Shown: piece after piece, positions 53,205-64,000 of the stretch
Layout of the letters: every line of letters starts with the position of its first letter
How positions within the stretch are numbered: the first letter of the stretch is position 1
From: Malacoraja senta
Taxonomy: Eukaryota
NCBI GenBank assembly: GCA_038087875.1
Contig: CM075987.1
Location: 21,516,001 to 21,580,000 of the forward strand
Direction of reading: 5' to 3'
DNA length: 64,000 nt
Position numbers and translations under genes: made by a program
Notes under the pieces: generated by a model
What the model was told of the DNA's origin: nothing
The model's input: the letters and a program-made list of their open reading frames with translations, nothing else
Databases searched by the model: none

Positions 53205-53975
53205 AGTTAGACACAAAGTGCTGGAGTAACTCAGCGGGACAGGCAGTATCTATGGAGAGAAGGAATGGGTCACGTTTCGGGTCGAGACCCTTCTTCAGAC
53301 TGAGTCGAGAGAGAGGGAGACTACTAGAGATACGGAAGGGTACAGAGCGTGTAAGGTGCGAAAAGGACTGAGCAGGGCCTGGTCGGCACTGAACCATACA
53401 ATTATGACTTTTGGACAGATATAGATAGGAAGGACGCAAAGTGCTGGAGTAAGTCGGTGGGTCATCCAGCATCTCGGGAGAGCATTGATGGATGGCGTTT
53501 CGGCTCGGGACCCTTCTTCAGACTGACCTCTCCAGGGATACTGCCTGGCCTGTCGAGTTGTTCCACAACGTTGTATTTTTATTTTGTAAACCAGCATCAG
53601 CAATTTCTTGTTTCTACTAGGTATAGGTGGCTATGGGGGGCAGATAGACAGATGGTTGAACGAAAGCCATGAATGAAAAGGAGTGAGTCACAGGATTGGA
53701 GGTAGACACAAAATGTTGGAGTAACTCAGCGGGACAGGCAGCATCTCTGGAGAGAAGGAATGGGTGACGTTTCAGGTCAAGACCCTTCTGAGTCAAAGGA
53801 TCGATGAGTTGTGAATTGTGAAGCTAGAGGAAGGAATGTAGGTGGGAACAATATATGTGCCAGTCCAGGTGGGGCATGGGGAGTGGGGGAAATAGGTTGG
53901 GGGGAGGGAAGAAGTTGAGGGGTTTGGGGTGAAGGGTTGTAATCACCTAAAATTGTAGAATACAATGTTCATACT
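53205..53975 (-). mobile_element. Cluster of Penelope-like terminal repeat fragments
   Basis: Three reverse-complement copies of the ctgaagaagggtctcgacccgaaac unit plus a purine-rich tract. Confidence 0.65.
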
Positions 53976-54469
53976 GTTGGATAGGAAGGGCAAATGGCAC
54001 CAGCCCAATCAATATGCCAATTTGGTTGGCATAGACAAGGTGGACTGAAGGGCCCGTTTCTGTATTGTGCAGCTCAATCATCCGATGAGTTTAGTCAAAA
54101 TAAAACCAGACTTGGCGACTTCCCAATTTTATAAATGGATAATGCTTAGGAGATCAGGTAGAATAAAATTGAGCTAACATTGCGCTACCCTTCCCTTCTG
54201 TGGACTTGCAACAATCCATGATATCTGCTATGCATCTATTCTAGCATCTTAATCATTGCATTATTTAATTGGGACACTTTTGGTTGGTATACTTTCAGCT
54301 GCCCATGCCTAAGTTCTAGGATTTCCTCCCTATCCAACTCTTTCATGCCTCCTTTTTTTTATTATTCTTAAATTCTACCTAATTGGAAGGAACATTTTGG
54401 TCATCTGCCTTAGTAACTCGTTTTTATAGCTTGGAAGCAATGTATTGATGGCTCCACTAACTATCCTGG

Positions 54470-57055
54470 AGGTATGCCAATGGTGTCTTATAGACTGCCA
54501 AATGGGGAGCGAGAATTGGAAGAGCAAATATGTAAGGAGATAGCAGATATTAGTAGTAAGCACAAGGTAGTGATTGTGGGAGATTTCAATTTTCCACACA
54601 TAGACTGGGAAACACATTCTGTAAAAGGGCTGGATGGTTTGGAGTTTGTAAAATGTGTGCTGGATAGTTTTTTCCAGCAATACATAGAGGTACCTACTAG
54701 AGAAGGGGCAGTGCTGGACCTCCTGTTAGGAAATGAGACGTGGCGGAGGTAAGCGTCGGGGAGCACTTCGGGTCCAGTGATCACAATACCATTAGTTTCA
54801 ATATAATTATGGAGAGGGTCAGAACTGGACCTAGGGTTGAGATTTTTGATTGGAGAAAGGCTAACTTTGAGGAGATGCGAAAGGATTTAAAAGGAGTGAA
54901 TTGGGACATGTTGTTTTATGGGAAGGATGTAGAAGAGAAATGGAGGACATTTAAAGGTGAAATTTTAAGAGTACAGAATCTTTATGTCCCTGTTCGGTTG
55001 AAAGGAAATAGTAAAAATTGGAAAGAGCCATGGTTTTCAAGGGAAATTGGACACGGTTCGGAAAAAGAGAGAGATCTATAATAATTATAGGCAGCATGGA
55101 GTAAATGAGGTGCTTGAGGAGTATAAAGAATGTAAAAATAATATTAAGAAAGAAATTAGAAAAGCTAAAAGAAGATATGAGGTTGCTTTGGCAAGTAAGG
55201 TGAAAGTAAATCCAAAGGGTTTCTACAGCTATATTAATAGCAAAAGGATAACAAGGAATAAAATTGGTCCATTAGAGAGTCAGAGTGGACAGCTATCTGC
55301 AGAGCCAAAAGAGATGGGGGATATTGAACAATTTCTTTTCTTCGGTATTCACCAAGGAGAAGGATATGGAATTAGGTGAGGTAAGGGAAACAAGCAGAGT
55401 AGCAATGGAAACTATGAGATTCAAAGAAGAGGAGGTGCAGACACTTTTGAAAAATATGAAAACGGATAAGTCTCCAGGTCCTGACAGGATATTCCCGAGG
55501 ACATTGAGGGAAGTTAGTGTAGAAATAGCAGGGGCTATGACAGAAATATTTCAAATGTCATTAGAAACGGGAATAGTGCCGGAGGATTGGCGTACTGCGC
55601 ATGTTGTTCCGTTGTTTAAAAAGGGTTCGAAGAGTAAACCTAGCAATTATAGACCTGTTAGTTTGACGTCAGTGGTGGGCAAATTAATGGAAAGGATACT
55701 TAAAGATAATATATATAAGCATCTGGATAAGCAGGGTCTGATTAGGAACAGTCAACATGGATTTGTGCCTGGAAGGTCATGTTTGACTAATCTTCTAGAA
55801 TTTTTCGAAGAGGTTACTAGGGAAATTGATGAGGGTAAAGCAGTGGATGTTGTCTATATGGACTTCAGTAAGGCCTTTGACAAGGTTCCACATGGAAGGT
55901 TGGTTAAGAAGATTAAATTGTTGGGTATTAATGGTGGAGTAGCAAGATGGATTCAACAGTGGCTGAATGGGAGATGCCAGAGAGTAATGGTGGATGGCTG
56001 TTTGTCAGGTTGGAGGCAGGTGACTAGTGGGGTGCCTCAGGGGTCTGTGTTGGGTCCACTGTTGTTTGTCATGTACATCAATGATCTGAATGGTGGTGTG
56101 GAAAATTGGATTAGTAAGTATGCAGATGATACTAAGATAGGTGGTGTGGTGGATAATGAAGTAGATTTTCAAAGTCTACAGAGAGATTTAGGCCATTTGG
56201 AAGAGTGGGCTGAAAGATGGCAGATGGAGTTTAATGCTGATAAATGTGAGGTACTACATCTCGGCAGGACAAATCAAAATAGGACGTACATGGTAAACGG
56301 TAGAGAATTGAGGAATGCAGTTGAACAGAGGGATCTAGGAATAACTGCATAGTTCCCTGAAGGTGGAATCTCATGTAGATAGGGTGGTAAAGAAAGCTTT
56401 TGGGGTGCTGGCCTTTATAAATCAGAGCATTGAATATAGAAGTTGGGATGTAATGTTAAAATTGTACAAGGCATTGGTGAGGCCAATTCTGGAGTATGGA
56501 GTACAATTTTGGTCGCCTAATTATAGGAAGGATGTCAACAAAATAGAGAGTACAGAGGAGATTTACTAGAATGTTGCCTGGGTTTCAGCAACTAAGTTAC
56601 AGAGAAAGGTTGAACAGGTCTTTATTCTTTGGAGCGCAGAAGGTTAAGAGGGGACTTGATAGAGGTCTTTAAAATTATGAGCGGGTTAGACAGAGTTGAC
56701 GTGGATAAGCTTTTTCCATTGAGAGTAGGGAAGATTCAAACAAGGGGACATGACTTGAGAATTAAGGGACAGAAGTTTAGGGGTAACATTAGGGGGAACT
56801 TCTTTACTCAGAGAGTGGTAGCTGTGTGGAATGAGCTTCCAGTGGAAGTGGTGGAGGCTGGTTTGATTTTATCCTTTAAAAATAGATTGGATGGGTATAT
56901 GGACGGGAAAGGAATGGAGGGTTATGGTCTGAGTGCAGGTAGATGGGACTAGGGGGAAGTATATATTTTCTTTAAATTATTATTATTTTTTTTAATGTTC
57001 AGCACGGACTTGAAGGGCCGAGATGGCCTGTTTCCGTGCTGTAATGGTTATATGG
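54470..57055 (+). mobile_element. CR1 LINE of a second, younger subfamily
   Basis: VGDFNFPHIDW endonuclease remnant and 355-aa open RT (QHGFVPGRSCLTNL, SGVPQGSVLGPLLF, KYADDTK). Confidence 0.93.
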
Positions 57056-57249
57056 TGTCATATCTAACATGTCAACCTGTGGATGTAACTTGCCGTTTTA
57101 GCAAAGTAAAACTTATTTACACTCGATATCACAAAGGATAGCACCTTAAAATATTACTCCATAATTACTGAACTGATGAAGATACAAGAGACTGCAGATT
57201 CTGGAATTCCAGGCAAAAAACAAAGTGCTGGAGAAACCCAACAGGTGTT

Positions 57250-57570
57250 CGGGGAAGTCCAGAACAAGGGGTCACAGTTTAAGGATAAAGGGGAAATCTT
57301 TTAGGACTGAGATGACAAAAACATTTTTTACACAGAGAGTGGTGAATCTCTGGAATTCTCTGCCACAGAATGTAGTTGAGGCCAGTTCATTGGCTATATT
57401 TAAGAGGGAGTTAGATGTGGCCCTTGTGGCTAAAGGGATCAGGGGGTATGGAGAGAAAGCAGGTACAGGATACTGAGTTGGATGATCAGCCATGATCATA
57501 TTGAATGGTGGTGTAGGCTCGAAGGGCCGAATGGCCTACTCCTGCACCTATTTTTCTATGTTTCTATGTC
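57250..57570 (+). mobile_element. CR1 LINE 3' fragment
   Basis: SRTRGHSLRIKG...FFTQRVVNLWNSLP plus 3' UTR and ctatgtttctatg tail. Confidence 0.85.
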
Positions 57571-57880
57571 AGGCAACTTCTGTGAAGGGAATGGGCAGGT
57601 AACGTTTTGGATTGGGATTCTTTTTGTCATCAGAATTTGGGGGGGGGGGGCTTTTTATTACTAAATTGATGTTAATCTGGTTTAATGAGTGGTAGGTTTG
57701 CTTCTCAGTCAGAAGTTGTTATTAGCATTGTGTAAGGAGTTGATCACAATTTAGGCGTAGTACAACAAAACGGATAATACAATGCTACTTTAAGTAGAAA
57801 CCTGGTATGCTATCTTCATTGAGTGGCAATTTAATTTGCAATATCACTGAAAATACACAACTGTTTGTTTTTTCATTTAG

Positions 57881-58181
57881 AATAAAGTGTCTCAGCTGTT
57901 GATGAGCCAAAGATTAGACCTGACACAAGGAGCTGACTTCTTAGATCCCAACATGCAGCAAAAACTGGAAGGAGTAAAAGGTCTGATTCGGCGTGAAATA
58001 CAAAAGGAACTTAAAATCAAAGAAGGAACAGAGAACTTGCGCAAGGTAATGACAAATAAAAAAAATCTGGCACATGTAGAAAACATTCTAAAGAGCTCGA
58101 ATCAAAAACTGGAACACCTGCATTGGGAACTTCAGGAGCTGAACGCACAAATTGTTGTCATGGATAGAGACAATCTGAGAG
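57881..58181 (+). CDS. pkn3: pkn3 coding exon 2 (HR1a)
   Basis: NKVSQLL...IRREIQKELKIKEGTENLRKV...LHWELQELNAQIVV; AG/GTGAGT; PKN3 rather than PKN1/2 chosen from synteny with set. Confidence 0.88.
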
Positions 58182-59996
58182 GTGAGTGCAAGTCTTGGAC
58201 ATCCTTTTCTGGAATCTGTAGGAATATCATTGTTCAAAATAATGATTAATTCCATTTAAAATTTGTAGTATTTTCCTTCATAAGCAGTTCTGTCGGTTGG
58301 ATACATTTTGTTATATATGCTCTGTTGTTGATCTTGAGTTTGGCTGACTTGGTGGTTCCATGTGCCTGTCACTCTTTGTAGTGTAAGATGTAAATGTAGT
58401 TGAGTTGTGATCTTGACTGGGTAGTTGGTGGGGTTACAGTAGTTGGCTACCTAATAAGGCACAAAAACATACTATTTTATCCAAAAATAATCACGGTGTG
58501 TTTAATAATAATAATGCATTATTGGAACTTTGGGGTATTGTTCAGCTGAAATTGTTGTTTTCTTGATGCGTGGTAAAGTTGTCTCACTGATCTGTTGTAA
58601 TTTAAAGTCAAAGCCTCCCCTTGCACTTCTTCATTAAACCTTGTTCTTTCTCGATGCGTATGCCCACTCCACACATGTCCATTGTACTGAAGTGTGATAT
58701 TGTATCTGAGTTCTGCCATCCACAGGTTAAGGCTCTACAAGCCTTGTGATGGGTAGCAGGTTTCTCTATATTGTGTACGGTTTACAAAGAGCAGGTCTCA
58801 TTCATGTGGAAAGGGAACAGTTAGTAAATAGATGTAGGGGATTTTTAAGAAATGCATTTTATTTCTCTACATTGATTTGTGTACAGGCACAGCATGTCCT
58901 TGGAATTTGCGGTAGTTGTTTGTAATTAGACTATCTTATGGGCGGGCCAAATAACCCATTATAATTATGAACAATTTTAAGAATTTTATTATCTTAGGCA
59001 TTCTGCCATAGTGCAAACACTATGCAAAGTGTAAAACACAAAACGCTGAAGTAACCTAACAAGTCAGGCACCATCTATGCAGAGAGCACAAGGAGCTGCA
59101 GATGCTGTAAAACAATATGAAGTGTATACTTCATGCCACCTTGTATTAATCTGCAAAGATGTGGGTGCATAACTTGTTTGATTCAACAGAGAACATGAAG
59201 GCAATCTAAATATTGGGATAATGTTGGTACAAAGGTAGCTAGACGTCTTGTATAACTGAGTAGTCTATTGCTCAGATCACTTGCTATAATACTTTGCTGC
59301 AGGACATGAAAGTAATTTATGACTGACATTGTAATCCAAGCACAATTCAGGAACAAACTTAATGAAGCTGTTAAGAATTTTGGAAAAACTAATGTTACTG
59401 TATAGCTTAGATTTTCATTTGATTTTTCAATGTTGTGCATTGGTGCTGTGAATTGTTAGTTGATTTGAGTAGGGTTGACAGTATAATAAACCTTCAAATT
59501 TTGCACGCAACTGAAGTAAATGTGGTATATCAAATTAACTGATACACCTAACAATTTATGCTAATACTTCATTAGCTGAATGTTTTTTAACTGGGAGGAG
59601 GATCTTGCTTTGCATCGTGTCTGAGAAGCTTCTGAAAACACTTTGTACAGTGTACATTTTAAACATTTAGTGCAGTGAGCTAAAATAAACAGCATCTTTT
59701 TATGATATTGTTCAGGAGAGTCCTCTTTTAACCTGGTGGGATCTTTATCAGGATTTGAACTTCTGCAATATGCAGGCAATTTTGATGATTTAATGTCTTG
59801 TTGAAAGGTGAGTAAGATTTAAAATTGTAATGTTGCATAAAATGTTGTTATTTTAAAACAAAAATAATTTGTTTGATGCAACGGTTTTATATTATGGATG
59901 AGAGTCTGAGGGTATATTATGGATGAGAGTCTGAGGGTGTGATTTTATGGTGACTAAATGAAGTACCTACCCCAAACTAACATTTAATTTCCACAG

Positions 59997-60151
59997 ATAG
60001 TGAATTATCTCCAGACTCCTGTTGCTGGGAGCAGTATGCATCACCACTGACCAATAGAATCGCAGCTCTAAGGAGACAGCTAAATATTGAGTTGAAGGTG
60101 AAACAAGGAGCAGAAAACATGATCCTAATGTATTCAAATGGATCATCAAAG
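59997..60151 (+). CDS. pkn3: pkn3 coding exon 3 (HR1b start)
   Basis: [55 protein letters not shown]. Confidence 0.9.
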
Positions 60152-60992
60152 GTAAACTCGCTGCACACAAAGTTAACTGTCTGAGGTTTTCGAAGAAGAT
60201 TCAAAATTTAGTAGAGTGCATTAGATAATGTTTCACATTGCAGCTATAGATTTGTTCGTTGAGACACTCCTGGGTATTGCTTTTAATTACTTTGAGGAAT
60301 CTTTAACAGGAAGTTAGATCCAGAGGGTTTGTTTGACAATGTAATTTATTCAGAGTTAATGTAGAAGACAGAATGCTTATTATAAATTGAGCTTTTGAGT
60401 GATAAAATACAAAATGGCAATGAGATTGGCAAAGATCTCCTTGCTTGAGAAATTATATTATAATCTAAAGTTGTAAAATTATAGATCTGACTTTTGATAA
60501 ACTTGATATGTTTAAGTGATAGGTACCTTGTTTTTTGGTTTGGAGATAGTTTGTTAGCCAGTGGTAACTTATTTTTATGCTTCTATGCTGGGGAATTCTG
60601 TCAATTCTGCACCCACTCTCCTCCCACCCCCACCCTTCTTAGTGATTTAGCCATTAGACTGCAGTATTTCACACTAAGAGGTTGTCCAGTTAAAATGTTT
60701 CTGAGTAAAATCAAATTCTGTGGCTTGTTTTTTCTCATTCATGTTCTGAGGGGAAAAACTGTCTGTTATCTCTGCACAGCAATAATCCATGATCTTATTG
60801 GTGTAGTAAGTGTTCCCCTACTTGTTACTGAGGTTCACTGGTAGCAGCTTTTTTTCTTGTTCCCACTTAAATGCAACTACAACAGGCAAAACACATTTGG
60901 CAATGTGAAGTCTGGTATTTTAATGTTAACAAGAAGTGCTTCATCTCAGCATGACATGCTTAAGAAAAGTTTTATTTTGTGTTTGCTGTCAG

Positions 60993-61122
60993 GATCGTAA
61001 AATGTTAGCAACAGCACAGCAGATGTTGCAAGACAGCAAGATAAAGATTGATATAATTAGAATGCAGATCATCAAAGTAACTCGAACTAATGGAACACCT
61101 GAGGATGTCAGTGAAGGTCTAG
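60993..61122 (+). CDS. pkn3: pkn3 coding exon 4
   Basis: [29 protein letters not shown]...; donor CTAG|GTAGGT (weaker in-phase donor at 61116). Confidence 0.87.
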
Positions 61123-61755
61123 GTAGGTACAGAAACTGGAACTGCATGTTAGAAAATGTAACTATTTCATGCAATTTTAAACATCTATTTGCAAATTTTG
61201 TGGGGATACAGAATGTGTTCCATTTTATCCCTTTGTCTCGTGCTTGTTAAAACTGCTTCGGTTGATGAGCATCTGGCTCAGTGCTGAAACTGCAAGTTCA
61301 TGCTGTTGTGCGGAACCTTGTCACTAGTCTTGCTGAAATCCATATATATGTCTACAGCTCTGCCCTCGTCACTCTTTTTGGTCACTCGCATTTAAACTTT
61401 GCCCGTGTCATCTTAAAGCTATGCCCTCTAGTCTTCAAGGGCGTACGTTTCCTTTAAAATCAAATGCCAACAAAAAGCAAGGTTGTCCTTCATTGTCACT
61501 GACTCTAAATCCTAAAAGAACCCTCTCCAGTAGTAATGTAGAAGTTTCTACATCAGAAGGAGTGCAACAATTGAAGAAGGAACCTCACCGCCACTGACTA
61601 GAAGACAATAAGGACATGCACATTTCCCCCAAACGTTTTAAGTGATTTTACTGTCTGTTGACATCTTGGGCAAATATCAGTGGGATTTTTGCTTTATTAA
61701 ATCACATGTTAAACTGATATTGTATGATTTTCTACTTGTTCTGGGTTCAATCAAG

Positions 61756-61895
61756 GGACCATCAGCCCTCTGGAGCTGCGAATTGAAGAACTGAGACATC
61801 ACCTCCGTGTTGAATCTGCAATAGCAGATGGTGCAAAAAATGCAGTGAAATTTCTGGATGGAAGGAAGGATCAAGACAGGAGAGTACTGGCAGAG
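61756..61895 (+). CDS. pkn3: pkn3 coding exon 5 (HR1c)
   Basis: [50 protein letters not shown]. Confidence 0.9.
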
Positions 61896-63518
61896 GTACA
61901 GTTATATTGTTCTTGAACAATTGCACCAGTTGTGCTGAATTAATGTGTATTTTTTATTTTGTGAGGGAACACATGACTTCACTTGGACGTTTTCCATTTT
62001 TTTAACAAGTTTATTAAAAATGGTGGGAATTTGTTAAGGTACAATTATGTCTTGAAGTTGTTTAACACAAACTAAAAGGTTGGAAAGTATCTTGGGGAGC
62101 ATGATTGCAATTAAGTTTATGTGAAAATGTAAGAAAATTCCCTGGGGAAACTGCAAGTATTGCATTAACTGAGCATCCCCTGGAAAGGTAATGAGGGAAT
62201 GATGCATGGGAGCAACTGAAGATTGCTTCGGGGGGGAGGGTTTAAAGAAGGAATTGTCTCCACCTTTACATAATGTATGTTTTCAGTAGTATGATACAAT
62301 AAACTTTATTCATCCCTGGAGGGAAATTGGGGGAAAAAAAGGACAAGCGACTGTTGGCTGGTTGCCGTATGCACAGCGCCTAAACCAGAACGAAAGAACA
62401 AACTCAGTTGATATGGAATTGCACTGATAAGTTTAGTCTTTACTATTTTTTCAAAAAATAACCCTTTTTACTGATCATCCAATTGTAAAAAAAAATCAGC
62501 CTTTAAAGTTTTCAACTTTTGAATTTGGACCAGTATGCTTTATGTGGTGAAGTGTTAATTTCATTATTTTTAAAGCTCTTATACAAATCTTTTGGAAAAT
62601 GGCTGTGTAAAGATTGCTGTGAAATGCTGTAAGATCTTTTATCTGCCTGATCAGGTATATACGGACCATTTTATAATAGATTAAGGTTGGTTTCTCTGCT
62701 GCTAAATCTCCATGATATTGTTGCATTTGGACTCTTTTCACTTCTTTATGCTTCAGTTTCAACTTGTACCACGTCAGCTGCAACAGTCATTTCTGTCATT
62801 ACCCACAGAAGTTCTTCCAAATGGCCAAGTTTCAAAATGTATTGACTTGCATTAAGTCTCTTTATTTTAGCTTTATTCCAAAGTCCCTTCATGAGCCATT
62901 CATTGTAGTTTGCAATGTTTAGTAATGTGGGTGCTGGTCACTTCTACTGAACAGTTACAGAACATGGGAGTTAGAAACAAAGGTGCATATTTTGCTTAAC
63001 TCTGAACACCTCCCTACATGCAATATGTGATATATGAAGTTCTGTGAACATATGGCTTGTATACAAATACACTGCCTGTGTATTTTTTTGTAATCCTCTG
63101 ATACAGTTTTGCCATTTTTCTTTCTCAATCACTTTACAATTAAATTATTAGCGCACTTGGCTTTCTAAGTAGTCTTTTAGACAGCTTCCTCTTCAAATCT
63201 TTTGCCACTTTTTGCTCTTTTTAAAACATCTCCCCAAAAAGCATGGACCATGTTATGCTCTTAAGAATAAAGTTTGGTTCTCTCCCATAAAATGTGATGA
63301 ACTGCCATATGTACTTTGCCAGCAAGAGGCAACAACCACTTCCAATGCTTGAACAGGCACACTGGTGTTGGGCCCAGATATCTGCAAGTAGAATTGTGCC
63401 TCTGTGTACATTTCCCTTTTGAATGGACAAAGAATAAATTGAGCATGGACACAAAGCTGGAGTCTACTTGTAAACAAAATGAAATGGCTCAATTTTTTAC
63501 AATATGTTTTCATACTAG

Positions 63519-63726
63519 GCTCAATCACAATTGCGGGAGTCAGCCCAGAGAATGAACCTGCTTCGCATGTCACTGGAGTGCCGCCTAAAAGAGCTCCCTA
63601 ATGATCATCCCGTTCAGGAAGTTATCAACGAAGAGCTGCAAATGGTGAATTCACCCTCGGTGGCATTAACGCATGTTGGTGCTTCATATCTCTCCATGGC
63701 TTTTATTAAATCGGCAGCACTCACAG
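63519..63726 (+). CDS. pkn3: pkn3 coding exon 6 (gene continues beyond the window)
   Basis: AQSQLRESAQRMNLLRMSLECRLKELPNDHP...FIKSAALTG; AG/GT. Confidence 0.88.
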
Positions 63727-64000
63727 GTAGAGGCTCTTATTTCCACATTTCCAAATGACCAAATAAAATGCTGTTGCACACCCCCCCCTTCCTGGAGGTG
63801 CTGTCACATACCTTTATTCTTAACACGACCTCATTTGGTTATTCCACTGATGTATTTTTATTTGCACTATTTCAGATTGCACCACATACAATTCTGCACC
63901 ATTTTGCTGTCTTGCATTTGTTGTTGTATTTATCATTACTGCTACACTCAGCCTCATGTGACCAAATAATTTAATTGCTTCTTGGCATGTAACAATAAAT

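Noticed and set aside
55285..56352. 355-aa reverse transcriptase ORF as a domesticated gene or novel RT system
   Set aside because: Ordinary CR1 ORF2 segment; flanking parts are frameshifted and the 5' end is truncated.
59889..59938. 25-bp tandem duplication (tatattatggatgagagtctgaggg x2); similar small duplication near 35685-35720
   Set aside because: Only two copies with no spacer pattern; ordinary slippage, not a CRISPR-like array.

Overview
Vertebrate genomic DNA; the repeat complement (HE1-type V-SINEs, CR1 LINEs, Penelope-like fragments) suggests a cartilaginous fish, probably a skate or ray (inference). The window holds the gene order known from human 9q34.11: last exon of sptan1 (+), complete dync2i2/wdr34 (-, 8 coding exons, 500 aa, one GC-AG intron), complete set (+, 8 coding exons, 277 aa, TAF-I beta type) and the 5' six exons of pkn3 (+). 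Between set and pkn3 lies an extra minus-strand gene encoding a signal peptide plus a stand-alone cereblon thalidomide-binding (CULT) domain, whose splice junction does not close in frame at its best donor. Introns are rich in retroelements. Notable structures: a 2-kb TIR element with an 8-bp TSD that contains two 33/36-bp TIR-only insertions with their own 8-bp TSDs, short hammerhead-like Penelope-derived insertions with TSDs, a ~290-bp near-perfect hairpin, and two local templated duplications. Exon boundaries were read by hand; repeat boundaries are approximate and no database search was run.
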